64,000 bases of DNA, taken from Candidatus Sumerlaeia bacterium. GTDB taxonomy: Bacteria; Sumerlaeota; Sumerlaeia; SLMS01; JANRJK01. Under the pieces are notes generated by a model. The model searched no databases, had not been told where the DNA came from, and saw only the letters and a list, made by a program, of their open reading frames with translations. Positions within the stretch are counted from its first letter, which is position 1. The number at the start of each line of letters is the position of its first letter. The DNA lies in NCBI GenBank assembly GCA_033764015.1, contig JANRJK010000013.1:128001-192000 (forward strand), written 5' to 3'. Of the stretch, positions 8,589 to 18,339 are shown piece after piece. Made by a program: the position numbers and the translations under genes.

Positions 8589-11504
8589 GTGGCGAACCGA
8601 CGGAGGCGCCTGCTGGGCGCGATCCTTATGTTGACCGCGGCGGTTGCCGCAAACCAAGCGGGGGCCCAGGCTCCCCTGAACGACGACTGCGCCAATGCGG
8701 CCCCCGTGACTTTCGGGTCCTTCTCATTCGGTGTGACCACCGAGGCCACCGTCGACATGGTGGACGATTGCGACGGCGGCTCGCCGTCGCAGGGTGGCAT
8801 CTGGTACACCTTCACCACGGCCTCCGCGACGAGGGTCCTCGTCACCACCTGCGATCCCTCAACCAACTTCGACACCGAGATCAGCGTCTACGAGGGCGGT
8901 TGCGGGTTGCTGAGTTGCGTGGCCTATGACGATAACGGTTGCGACGACGTGGAAGGCGCGAGCCGCGTCGAATTCGACGCCACCGCCGCGACCACCTACC
9001 TGGTTCTTGTCCACGGCACGGAGACTGGGGAGTTCATCCTCTCGGTGTCCGACGAGCAGCTCACCGCCTGCGACCCGACCGGGATGATGGTTTGCGGCGG
9101 CGGGACAGTCTCCGGAAACACTTTCGGCCAGCCGATCAACTACTTCGACTGCGACGATGCGGACACCTTCTCGTCCGCGTTTTGGTACACCTTCACGGGC
9201 ACGGGGGAGCCGATCCGGGTGTCGACATGCAATCCGGGCACCGACTACGACACGCGGCTCGCCGTGTACGAGGCGACGAACTGCGCTATGCCCATCTGCG
9301 TCGCCGAGAACGACGACGCAGACTGCGGGATCGAGGGCCTCGGCAGCGAGATACTCTTCCCCAGCGAGCTGGGCACGGAATACTACATCGCCGTCTACGG
9401 TTTCGACGGCGACACCGGCAACTTCGAACTCAGCCTCGAATGCGGCGTCGAGCCTCCCACCGGGGGCGCGGACCCCTGCGACGCCATCGGCATCTCCTGC
9501 GGCGACAGCTTTACCGGCAACAACTTGGACAGCGACCCCAACTTCATCAGTTGCTTCGAGTCCGACTTCGAGGATGTCGGCGCGGTCTGGTTCGAGTTCC
9601 AAGGCACCGGCGCCCCGGTGACGTTCTCCACCTGCTCGCAGTTCACAAACTTCGACACCGTGATCACCGTCTTCGACGGCAATTGCGAAGAGCTTTCGTG
9701 CGTGGACTTCAGCGACGACAGCGATTGCTCCGGCCCCGAAGGCGTCCAGAGCGAGGTGACGATCTTCACGGAGGACGATGCAACGTACTACATCGCGATC
9801 CATGGAGCCAACTCCGAGGAAGGCGGAAACTTCGAGTTGACCGTCTCGTGCGACGGCCCTCCCCCTCCCGGTCCCGGCGAAGTCTGCGGGACGGCGCTTC
9901 CGATCGCATGCGACAGCTTCGTCAGCGGCAATACCGAAAACGGTCTCCCCGCCGCGTTCGACTGCGGCGGTGAAGAGTGGGCCGAGATCCCCCGTTGGTA
10001 CACTTTCGTCGGCGACGGCCAGGTGGCGACGCTTAGCACCTGCCATCCCGACACCGACTTCGACACAGTAATCAGCGTCTTCACCGGCGACTGCGGCGAG
10101 CCACTCTGTATCGACAGCAACAATGACGCGGGCGAGTGCGGCGATAGTCCCGGCGCGAGCGAGTTCTCCTTCCAGACCAACGCCGGGGAGACCTACTTCG
10201 TAGCCGTCTACGGCGCCGGCCTGGCCGGCGAATTCGAGGAGTACGGCACCTTCAGCCTCACGCTCACCTGCGGCGACCCGGAGCCGACGAACGACATCGG
10301 CGGGATCGCATACGTCGACTCCGCATTCTTCCAGGACTCGCTGCTCTACGAGAGCCCGGCGGTTCCGGGCGAGGGGGGCAACTTCCTCATCGCGGGCCGT
10401 ACGGTGGAGGTCGGCGACGACGGCCGCAACCTGCAGCAGCGCGGCATCTTCGGCTACCCGATGGCGATCGGCGGCGCCGAGGCGGTGGACGCCTCGCTCC
10501 GGCTTACCGTCGAGCAGTACGTCGGCGACGTCTCGTCGCTGGGCGACCTGGTCATCGAGCTCGCAAACCCGTTCTACGGTTCCGCCGCGGGCTGGGAGCG
10601 CCAGGACTTCCAGTCGCCGCCCACCTTCACCCCGGCGGCCACGGTGCCGAACGATGTCCTGCTCGGCGCGCGCCCGGGCGACGCCCTCTGGGTGCCGCTC
10701 GACCCCGCCGCGTTCGCGAGCATCCCCCTGAACGGCAACGTGCAGTTCCGGTTCCGCTTCGCGAATCCGACCAACGGCAATAACCGGATCGACCTTGTTC
10801 GGTTCGGAGCTGGCGGCCACTCGAACGGCAACCGGCAGGTGCGCTCCGACCTGGTCGTCACCTACACGCTTCCGACGCAGGACGGCTGCGGCCAGAACCC
10901 GCGCGCCGGTGGCCGGCCCTTCGAACTCGATCCGATCTTCAGCAACCCCGTGCAGGACGGCTTCGTGGTCGAACACGCGGCGATCTACTACGTCGGCAGC
11001 CTCAGCGACAACGCGAACACCTCGACCCGCTTCGGCGACCTCGCCGACGGCAAGCAGGTGAAGGCGATCCTCGCGTTCGACACCTCCGTCATGAACACGT
11101 ATCCGGGCGCGGAGATCACCTCCGCCTCGCTCTGCGTGACCCGTCGCTCCGTGGAGGGCGATCCCGGTTCCCTCGGCTCCGTGCAGCTCGAGATGGTGTG
11201 CCCGAACCAGGCGTACAACTTCGGCCCCTCGGTCAACATCGACCGCGAGGACTTCGAAGCCTACGCGTGGATCGCGAACGCCGGGCTCGGCGATCTGCAG
11301 TTGCCGGAGTCGGACGGCGACCAGGTCTGCTGGCCGCTCACCGCGGAGGGCCTCGCCGCCATCCAGCGCCTCGGCCACACGCAGTTCCGCCTCGTGTTCG
11401 AATCGCCGGACAACGGCGACACCGAGCAGGACGTGATCAACATCTACTCGGGCAACGCCCGCGGCGACGTCCGTCCGCAGCTACTGCTCGAGATCGCCCA
11501 GTAA
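8589..11504 (+). CDS. Large secreted acidic protein with four Cys-rich repeats and two related C-terminal beta domains
   Basis: GTG start after AAGGAG; signal peptide; four repeats of W(Y/F)xF...(S/T)TC...(F/Y)DT...C...C; two domains ending in Q(F)R(F/L)xF...D...L. Confidence 0.85.
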   Translation: MANRRRRLLGAILMLTAAVAANQAGAQAPLNDDCANAAPVTFGSFSFGVTTEATVDMVDDCDGGSPSQGGIWYTFTTASATRVLVTTCDPSTNFDTEISVYEGGCGLLSCVAYDDNGCDDVEGASRVEFDATAATTYLVLVHGTETGEFILSVSDEQLTACDPTGMMVCGGGTVSGNTFGQPINYFDCDDADTFSSAFWYTFTGTGEPIRVSTCNPGTDYDTRLAVYEATNCAMPICVAENDDADCGIEGLGSEILFPSELGTEYYIAVYGFDGDTGNFELSLECGVEPPTGGADPCDAIGISCGDSFTGNNLDSDPNFISCFESDFEDVGAVWFEFQGTGAPVTFSTCSQFTNFDTVITVFDGNCEELSCVDFSDDSDCSGPEGVQSEVTIFTEDDATYYIAIHGANSEEGGNFELTVSCDGPPPPGPGEVCGTALPIACDSFVSGNTENGLPAAFDCGGEEWAEIPRWYTFVGDGQVATLSTCHPDTDFDTVISVFTGDCGEPLCIDSNNDAGECGDSPGASEFSFQTNAGETYFVAVYGAGLAGEFEEYGTFSLTLTCGDPEPTNDIGGIAYVDSAFFQDSLLYESPAVPGEGGNFLIAGRTVEVGDDGRNLQQRGIFGYPMAIGGAEAVDASLRLTVEQYVGDVSSLGDLVIELANPFYGSAAGWERQDFQSPPTFTPAATVPNDVLLGARPGDALWVPLDPAAFASIPLNGNVQFRFRFANPTNGNNRIDLVRFGAGGHSNGNRQVRSDLVVTYTLPTQDGCGQNPRAGGRPFELDPIFSNPVQDGFVVEHAAIYYVGSLSDNANTSTRFGDLADGKQVKAILAFDTSVMNTYPGAEITSASLCVTRRSVEGDPGSLGSVQLEMVCPNQAYNFGPSVNIDREDFEAYAWIANAGLGDLQLPESDGDQVCWPLTAEGLAAIQRLGHTQFRLVFESPDNGDTEQDVINIYSGNARGDVRPQLLLEIAQ

Positions 11505-11536
11505 CGACCCCCCGCCCACAGGCGAGGGCAAAGAGA

Positions 11537-11573
11537 GCGGGCCGGGGGAGCGATCCCCCGGCCCGCCGCTTTT
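11537..11573. terminator. Probably bidirectional intrinsic terminator
   Basis: GCGGGCCGGGGGA-GCGA-TCCCCCGGCCCGC then CGCTTTT, between convergent genes. Confidence 0.75.
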
Positions 11574-11609
11574 CGTGCATCAACCCTTACCGCCCCCGGG
11601 GCCCGCGGA

Positions 11610-13016
11610 TCAGAACTCCGCGTTGCCGGGCGTGCGGGGGAACGGGATCACGTCGCGGATGTTCGCCATGCCGGTCGAGAACTGGATCAGGCGCTCGAAG
11701 CCGAGGCCGAACCCGGCGTGCGGCACGGAGCCGTAGCGGCGCAGGTCGAGGTACCACCAGTAGTCGGCGGGCTCCATGCCGAGTTCGCGGATGCGGCCTT
11801 CCAGGACGTCGAGGCGCTCCTCGCGCTGGCTCCCGCCGATGATCTCGCCGATCTTCGGCACCAGCACGTCCATCGCGGCGACCGTCCTGCCGTCCTCGTT
11901 CTGCCGCATGTAGAACGCCTTGATGTCGCGCGGGTAGTCGGTCACGATGAGCGGCTTGCGCACGTGCTTCTCGGTGAGCCAGCGCTCGTGCTCGCTCTGC
12001 AGGTTCACGCCCCACTCGACCGGGTACTCGAACTTCTCGCCGGAAGCGAGGAGCGTCTTCACCGCCTCGGTGTAGGTCATGTGCTCGAACGGCTGCTCGA
12101 CGACGTGTGTGAGCGTTTCGATGACCGTGGGCTCGATGCGCTGCTTGAAGAAGGCGAGGTCCTCGCCGCAGTCGTCGAGCACGGTCTTGAAGAGGTGCTT
12201 GAGGAACTCCTCCGCGAGGGCCATGTCGTCGCGGAGGTCGGCGAAGACGAGCTCCGGTTCGATCATCCAGAACTCGGCGAGGTGCCGCGCCGTGTTGGAG
12301 TTCTCCGCGCGGAACGTGGGGCCGAAGGTGTACACGTCGCCGAGGGCGCAGGCGTAGGTCTCGACGTTGAGCTGCCCCGAGACCGTGAGGCGCGCGTGGC
12401 GCCCGAAGAAGTCCTGCGAGAAGTCGACATCCTTCGCCTGGGTGAGCGGCGGCGACTTCAGGTCGAGCTTCGTCACGGTGAACATCTCGCCGGCGCCTTC
12501 GCAGTCGGACGCGGTGACGATCGGCGTGTGGATGTAGTAGAAGCCGCGGGCCTGGAAGAACTCGTGGATCGCGAAGGCGAGGCGGTTGCGGACGCGGGCC
12601 ACCGCGCCGAAGGTGTTGGTCCGCGCGCGGAGGTGGGCGATCTCGCGGAGGTACTCGAAGCTGGTCTGCTTCTTCTGGATCGGGTACTTCTCCGCGTCGA
12701 CGCCGCCGAGCAGGGCGAGCGACGCGGCGCGCACCTCGACGCGCTGCCCCTTCGCGGGCGATTCGACCAGGGTGCCGCGCACCTCGACGGAGCAACCGGT
12801 GGTCAGCGACCGCACGGTGTCCTCGTAGTTCGCGAGCCCGTCGTCGGCGATCACCTGGATGCTTGCGAAGCAGGAGCCGTCGTACACCTCGACGAAACTG
12901 AAGCGCTGCGCGTCGCCGGCCTTCGAATCGCGTCGGGTGCGGACCCAGCCGCGGACGGTGACGTCGGCGCCGACGGGGGTCTTGTGGAGCAGCTCGTGGA
13001 TGCGGGTCCTGGCCAT
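11610..13016 (-). CDS. asnS: Asparagine--tRNA ligase
   Basis: [62 protein letters not shown]. Confidence 0.98.
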   Translation of the reverse strand: MARTRIHELLHKTPVGADVTVRGWVRTRRDSKAGDAQRFSFVEVYDGSCFASIQVIADDGLANYEDTVRSLTTGCSVEVRGTLVESPAKGQRVEVRAASLALLGGVDAEKYPIQKKQTSFEYLREIAHLRARTNTFGAVARVRNRLAFAIHEFFQARGFYYIHTPIVTASDCEGAGEMFTVTKLDLKSPPLTQAKDVDFSQDFFGRHARLTVSGQLNVETYACALGDVYTFGPTFRAENSNTARHLAEFWMIEPELVFADLRDDMALAEEFLKHLFKTVLDDCGEDLAFFKQRIEPTVIETLTHVVEQPFEHMTYTEAVKTLLASGEKFEYPVEWGVNLQSEHERWLTEKHVRKPLIVTDYPRDIKAFYMRQNEDGRTVAAMDVLVPKIGEIIGGSQREERLDVLEGRIRELGMEPADYWWYLDLRRYGSVPHAGFGLGFERLIQFSTGMANIRDVIPFPRTPGNAEF

Positions 13017-13075
13017 GCGGTTCGCGGGTCCGGTTGTTGGGGAGTGGCCGCCGCGGCGTGCGGCGACCGCGACTT

Positions 13076-13933
13076 CTAAGGCCGTGCGGCGGTCCGGCGC
13101 AACAGCCGCGGCGCGAAGAGGCCGGTGACGAGCCGCGACCCGCTCTCCGCCAGCACCGCGGCGGCGGCGCTCCGCGCGCGCCAGCTCGCGGGCGCCATGG
13201 CGGCTAGTCCCGCCACGTAGTCCGGAGGTCCGGTGGCGCCGCCGGTCATCCCGGCCAGGGCCGCGTCGCGCTGCGCGCCGTAGCCGAGGCGCTCCGGGGC
13301 GCGCTCGCGCACCTCCGCGGAATCGTCCACGACCTGGAACGCCCGCCCCATGACGTGCATGAAGCAGTTGCAGGCGGTGCGGAAGCGCCCCTTCGCGACC
13401 GCCTGCGCCAGCGGGTCCTCGGGGTCCTCCGCGCTCGCTCCGAGGGCGGCGGGGTCGCCGTCGCGGATCGCCCGCAGGTCCGCGATGCGGTCCAGCAGCG
13501 CGCGCACCTCCTTGGCGAGGCGCCCGGCGTCCCCCGCGCCGGCGAGGCGCAAGGTGAACACCTTGGGCGAGACGAAGAAGTAGAGCTCGGACGCCTCCGG
13601 CGCGAGGCCCGCGCGCTCCGCTTGGCCCTGCACCTGTTCCAGCTCGTCGCCCCGGACGATGAGGGTGCCCTCGAACTCCGCCGCGCCCGGCTCGCCTCGG
13701 AAGCGGAAGCTGGAGCGGAGGTTGATGTAGGGTGGAAGCGCGACGCCGGCGGTGATGAGCGCCTCGTCCGGCCGTCGCCACAGGAAGAGGAGCGAGCCGT
13801 CCTCCTCCGCGGGCGCGGGGGGCAGCGCGATCGCCTTCGCGATCCGTTCGCGCTCCGCCGGATCGAGCGCCGGGGCCCTTCCGGCGAGGGCGAGCAGGGT
13901 GGCGCAGAGCACCAGCAGGAAGAGGGTTCGCAA
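13076..13933 (-). CDS. Hypothetical secreted protein
   Basis: TTG start with signal-like [22 protein letters not shown]; fills the gap upstream of asnS; CNCFMH motif; no family recognised. Confidence 0.6.
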   Translation of the reverse strand: MRTLFLLVLCATLLALAGRAPALDPAERERIAKAIALPPAPAEEDGSLLFLWRRPDEALITAGVALPPYINLRSSFRFRGEPGAAEFEGTLIVRGDELEQVQGQAERAGLAPEASELYFFVSPKVFTLRLAGAGDAGRLAKEVRALLDRIADLRAIRDGDPAALGASAEDPEDPLAQAVAKGRFRTACNCFMHVMGRAFQVVDDSAEVRERAPERLGYGAQRDAALAGMTGGATGPPDYVAGLAAMAPASWRARSAAAAVLAESGSRLVTGLFAPRLLRRTAARP

Positions 13934-14116
13934 CGTGTGGTTTCCCTTGGCCGGAAGCGGACCGGCGTCGCAGAGCATTTGGCAACCGGTGGGTACCGAA
14001 GGCCGAGGCGGCGGGGCAAACTTGCACCGACCGCTCGGTTGTCGGATCCAGTGACTCCCGCCCGCCCGGCCGGGTCGACGCCGACTTGCCCTCCATCCCA
14101 TACGCCCGAGCGCCCC

Positions 14117-15613
14117 ATGACCTTCTCCCGCCTCCGCACTCTCGCCGTCCTCGCCGCCGCCGCGGCGGCTTCCGCGCTGCTTCCCGCCCAAGTTCCGCAG
14201 CCGGACGGCTCGCTCATCATCGAGGCTAGCGGCACCACGACGTTTCGCTACCGCGAACCGAGCGGCTTCTGGGTCGACGGCACCATCGGCGGCACCGCGC
14301 AGGGCCTTTCCGGCGGATCCTCGCGCCTTCTCAAGCCGTTGGGCTCGACCTTCGACGGTAGCGCGGAGTTCCGCCCCATCATCCCCGTGTCCGGCACCTA
14401 CGACTTGCAGGTTTCCTGGCCGTCCGACGCCAACGCGGCGCAGGTGAAGGTCACCGTCGCGGGTATCCCGGGCGCAGAAGCACCGCTGTTGGACCTTGAG
14501 CCGGCTTCCGTCGAGGGCTCCCGCGCGAACACCTGGGTCTCCATCGGCACCTACCCGGTGCCGCAGGGCGAGTCGGTGGCGATCATCATCGATCCCACCA
14601 CCTCGACCGGCCCCGTCGACGCGCAGCGCCCGCACCAGGTCGCCTTCTCCGGCGTACGATTCTTCCCCCGCGGGGAAGGCGGCGTCGAGCGCGTCATCCC
14701 GTCCGACGCGCAGGCGGCAAACCCTTTCAACCGTCCGGCGGGAACCCCCGCGCCGACACCGGCACCGACCCCCGTGCCGACCCCGCTGCCGAACCGCGCC
14801 CCCGTTCCCGAGGGCACGCCCGCCGCCGAGGAGATCCTCGCGGATCCCTTCGGCGTTTCCACCGGCAACCAGGCCCCGCGGCCCACGCCAGAGTCGACGC
14901 CCGCCCCCACCCCGGCACCGACCGCCGCGCCCCCCGCCGGCGACATGCCCGCGGACCCGTTCTCCGCCTCCGCGCTCCCCGCCGGCAGTGGAACCCCCGG
15001 CGGTCGGACAGGCCTCTTCGGTTCCCAGCCCGGCTTCGCGCCCGCCGGCACCGGTGCGTCCGCCCCGGGAACGAGCAGCGGCGTCGCCAACCCGTTCGAA
15101 AGCGCCGTGACTCCAGCGCCGACTCCAGCGCCGGTGGTGGCCGAACTGGCCAACCCCTTCGACGACGCGGAAGCCGAGCCCGCCCCCGCTCCTGAGCGCT
15201 CCGAGCCGTCCGCCGCGGCCGCCGCCCAGCCCCGAGTCATCGTCGTGCCCAGCGTCATCGTCGAAGAGGCCGAGGCGCCCAGCTTCGCCAACCAGGCCGC
15301 GGACCTCGACGAGGGGCTGAAGCGCGCCGCCGCGGAAGGCAAGGTGGTCGCCCTGATCTTCTGGTCCGACACCGCCGCCAGCCGCACCTTCCAAGCCGCC
15401 GTCCTCGAGGACGACGCCGTGAAGTCGGAACTCTCGCAGGTGATCCCGGTGGTGGTCGACACGCGCGACAACCGCGCGCTGACGGACCGCTTCGCGGTGA
15501 AGCGCGCGCCCTACGTCGTGGTGCTCGACAAGAACGGCTTCGCCAAGACGCACATCAGCGAGAACCGCAGCCCCTCGCGCTTCGCGCGCGCGCTGTCGAA
15601 AGCCCGGTTGTAA
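14117..15613 (+). CDS. Secreted protein: golvesin-like beta domain, Pro-rich linker with A(N/D)PF repeats, thioredoxin-like domain lacking CxxC
   Basis: Signal peptide; [10 protein letters not shown] and [11 protein letters not shown]-terminal [15 protein letters not shown]...[16 protein letters not shown]. Confidence 0.75.
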   Translation: MTFSRLRTLAVLAAAAAASALLPAQVPQPDGSLIIEASGTTTFRYREPSGFWVDGTIGGTAQGLSGGSSRLLKPLGSTFDGSAEFRPIIPVSGTYDLQVSWPSDANAAQVKVTVAGIPGAEAPLLDLEPASVEGSRANTWVSIGTYPVPQGESVAIIIDPTTSTGPVDAQRPHQVAFSGVRFFPRGEGGVERVIPSDAQAANPFNRPAGTPAPTPAPTPVPTPLPNRAPVPEGTPAAEEILADPFGVSTGNQAPRPTPESTPAPTPAPTAAPPAGDMPADPFSASALPAGSGTPGGRTGLFGSQPGFAPAGTGASAPGTSSGVANPFESAVTPAPTPAPVVAELANPFDDAEAEPAPAPERSEPSAAAAAQPRVIVVPSVIVEEAEAPSFANQAADLDEGLKRAAAEGKVVALIFWSDTAASRTFQAAVLEDDAVKSELSQVIPVVVDTRDNRALTDRFAVKRAPYVVVLDKNGFAKTHISENRSPSRFARALSKARL

Positions 15614-15695
15614 CCCGGCACCTTCCACGCTAGCCTCGGGGGCGGTGGACCGGATGGTCCGCCGCCCCCATCGTTTTCCGGAGCGCCCCCAGCCC

Positions 15696-16571
15696 GTGGA
15701 CCAGCCCAGCGCGCCGAAGCCCGACAAGCACCTCGCCACCTTCGCCGCGATGCTCGAGGTGCCCGGGCTCCTCGCCGACATCTTCCCGCCGGCGCTGCAG
15801 ATCACCGCCATCGTGATCCCCGCGCAGCCCACCGGCTGGCTGTCGCTCTGGCAGTCCCGCCTGGACCGCCTCGTCGGCGAGGTCGGCGCGCAGCTTCCCG
15901 CGCACGACGACGAGTCGGCGGCGGAGCGCTTCGCCCGCTTCGGGCGCCACCTCTTCCAGGAGCGCGGCTTCTCCGGCAACCTCGCCGCCTACGCGGACCC
16001 GCGGAACAGTTGCCTGACGGAGGTGCTGGAGCGGCGCCTCGGCATTCCGATCACGCTCTCCGTGCTCGCCATCGCCATCGGGCGGCGCCTCGGCATGAAG
16101 GTCCACGGCGTCGCCGCCCCCGGCCACTTCCTCACCGCGCTCGAAGTCGAGCCCGGCCGCCGCGTCTTCATGGATCCCTTCAACCGCGGCCAGCTCGTCC
16201 ACCTGGACGAGGCGCGCGAACGCGTCCGCGCCTACGCCGGCAACGTCGACCTCGACGTGTGCGACCACTTCCTGCGCCCCGCCAGCCCCCGCGACATCCT
16301 CGCCCGCATGCTCCAGAACCTGAAGAACTCCTACGCGCTCCAGGAGGACATGGAGGGGCTCCTGCGCACGCTCGACTGGCTCCTCGTGGTGCAGCCCGCG
16401 AACGTGGCCGAGATCCGCAACCGCGGCCTCCTACTCCTCCGCATGGGCGACTTCGCCCGCGCGGTCCGCGACCTCGCCTTCTACATCCACCACGCCCCGG
16501 AGGCGGACGACTCGGAACTGATCCGAGCCGAACTCCGCCGCGCGATGACCGCGAAGGCCCGGAACAACTAG
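15696..16571 (+). CDS. SirB1/transglutaminase-like (Transglut_core2) protein with TPR
   Basis: GFSGN..Y.DPRNS.L..VLERRLGIPITLS, PGHFL, DPFN.G, ILARMLQNLK, RNRGLL; start could be 15645-15750. Confidence 0.9.
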   Translation: MDQPSAPKPDKHLATFAAMLEVPGLLADIFPPALQITAIVIPAQPTGWLSLWQSRLDRLVGEVGAQLPAHDDESAAERFARFGRHLFQERGFSGNLAAYADPRNSCLTEVLERRLGIPITLSVLAIAIGRRLGMKVHGVAAPGHFLTALEVEPGRRVFMDPFNRGQLVHLDEARERVRAYAGNVDLDVCDHFLRPASPRDILARMLQNLKNSYALQEDMEGLLRTLDWLLVVQPANVAEIRNRGLLLLRMGDFARAVRDLAFYIHHAPEADDSELIRAELRRAMTAKARNN

Positions 16572-16590
16572 CCGGTCCCGCCGGCCGGGC

Positions 16591-17256
16591 CTACTCGTAC
16601 CGCATCCAATTCGCTCCGGTCGATGCCGTCGGCGCGGGGAAGAGCGGGCTGCGTACCAGATTTCCCGCCTCGCTGCCGTTGGTTGGATCGTACACCCGCG
16701 TCCAATCGTTGAACCCGCCAATCGTTCCGTCCGGCCCCGCCGACATGACGGCCCAATCGCCGAGGCGCGACCCGAAGACGGTGATCTGGGTAGACGTTGG
16801 CGGCGTCGCGGTCCCGCCTCCCGGGAACGGACAGGTCGAGCCCAGCGAAAACAGGGAGATGAGCTGCGTTCGCGTCGCGTAGGTGTACTTCGGCGAAAGG
16901 GGGGCGGAGGGCGCCGGGCTCAGGAAGACGTCGTCCTTGAGCGAAGCGACGTAGGCCACCGGCGTGGTCACCTGGGTGGAAAGGGTCAGGAATCCCCATT
17001 CTCCTTCCGGGAAGTCAGCCGCGCGCCCGAGGCACTTCCAAGTCTGGAGCGGCAGCTCGCCGGTGTCCACTTCGTAGGCAAGCACGGCTTGGTAGATCTC
17101 GTTGAGGTCCGCGTTCGCCTGCGTCAGCACCGAGTTCGCGCGCGCGCGCTCCCATTGCGGGAGCGCAACTGCGGCGAGGGTGCCAAGGATGCCCGCCAAG
17201 ATCAACAGTTCCAGCAATGAAGTGGCGCGCGAAGGTAGTATCAGCATTGCAGCCAT
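16591..17256 (-). CDS. Divergent GspG-like pseudopilin with degenerate cleavage motif and W-x-x-Y tail
   Basis: RATSLLELLILAGILGTLAAVALP; VTTPVAY, SAGPD and YDPTNG shared with 7734-8345; ends ASTGANWMRYE. Confidence 0.75.
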   Translation of the reverse strand: MAAMLILPSRATSLLELLILAGILGTLAAVALPQWERARANSVLTQANADLNEIYQAVLAYEVDTGELPLQTWKCLGRAADFPEGEWGFLTLSTQVTTPVAYVASLKDDVFLSPAPSAPLSPKYTYATRTQLISLFSLGSTCPFPGGGTATPPTSTQITVFGSRLGDWAVMSAGPDGTIGGFNDWTRVYDPTNGSEAGNLVRSPLFPAPTASTGANWMRYE

Positions 17257-17384
17257 GCAACGAACTCCTGATGGGATACCCGCGTTCGGCAGGAACCGTT
17301 CCCGTCGGGAGGCGGTGAGAGCCGGCGATAGCCGCCGCCCATAGCCATGCGGTTGGGTCGGTCCGGGCTCACCACACGCAACAA

Positions 17385-17410
17385 AGGGGGCCGGCGCTGG
17401 CCGGCCCCCT
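17385..17410 (-). terminator. Intrinsic terminator after the SDR gene
   Basis: AGGGGGCCGGC-GCTG-GCCGGCCCCCT, followed by TTGTT on the minus strand. Confidence 0.6.
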
Positions 17411-17449
17411 CGTTCCATCAAGCGCAGCCCCGTCCCGGGCGAGCCGGCG

Positions 17450-18199
17450 TCAGAGCTGCGTCATGCCGCCGTCAACCACGAGGTCCGCGCCGATCGTGTA
17501 GCTTGCGTCGGCGCTGGCGAGGAAGAGCACCGCCGCGGCGACCTCCGCGACAGTGCCCATGCGCTTCTGTGGAACGCCGGCCACGAGGGTGTCGCCGAGG
17601 CCCGCCTTCGCCTCCGCGGGCATATCCAGCTTTCCGAAGATCGGCGTTTCGATCGGGCCCGGGCTGACCGAGTTGACCCGGATTCCCAGTGGCAGCAGTT
17701 CCGCGGACAGCGTGCGGGCGAGACTGCGGACCGCCGCCTTGGTCGCGCTGTAGACCGACGTGTGCGGGAAGCCGAGCTGGGCGGCGACGCTGGCGTTCAC
17801 GACGATCGCCGATCCCCGGGGCATCAGAGGCACCGCGTCCCGGATGGTGAAGTACAGTCCGCGCACGTTCGTGTTGAACTGGTTGTCGAAGAACTCCGGC
17901 GTGGTGGCCCCGATGGTAGCGAACTGCGCGACGCCCGCGTTCGCGAACAGCGCATCGACCCTCCCGAAGCGCGCCTTCACGTCGGCGAACAGTGCGGAAA
18001 TGTCGTCTGGTCGCGAAATGTCGGCGCGAATCCCCGTCGCATTGGGGCCAAGCTGCGCCGCCGCCTCCGCCACCCTTTGCGCGTTGCGGCCGACGACGAC
18101 AACCTGCGCCCCTTCCCCGATGAAGGCTTCGGCGGTGCCGAACCCGATGCCGCTGTTGCCGCCGGTGACGACGGCGATCTTCCCCTGGAAACGCCCCAT
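17450..18199 (-). CDS. Short-chain dehydrogenase/reductase
   Basis: TGGNSGIG, ANAG, YSATK, RVNSVSPGPIETP, VDGG. Confidence 0.95.
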   Translation of the reverse strand: MGRFQGKIAVVTGGNSGIGFGTAEAFIGEGAQVVVVGRNAQRVAEAAAQLGPNATGIRADISRPDDISALFADVKARFGRVDALFANAGVAQFATIGATTPEFFDNQFNTNVRGLYFTIRDAVPLMPRGSAIVVNASVAAQLGFPHTSVYSATKAAVRSLARTLSAELLPLGIRVNSVSPGPIETPIFGKLDMPAEAKAGLGDTLVAGVPQKRMGTVAEVAAAVLFLASADASYTIGADLVVDGGMTQL

Positions 18200-18339
18200 T
18201 TCGATGCCCCTTAGGTCGTGTCGGCGCCTGTGCGCCGGCGGTTGGGGACGCGAACCCCGGGCCAAGCCCGCCTTTCCCGTTGCCGGTCTTGCGGCGCCCG
18301 GTGTCCCGCTAGGCGATCCCGTGGGGCGAAGGGCGTGCG

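Noticed and set aside
11610..14096. 828-aa AsnRS with a long N-terminal extension
   Set aside because: AsnRS homology starts at ATG 13016; the extension overlaps a separate gene in another frame
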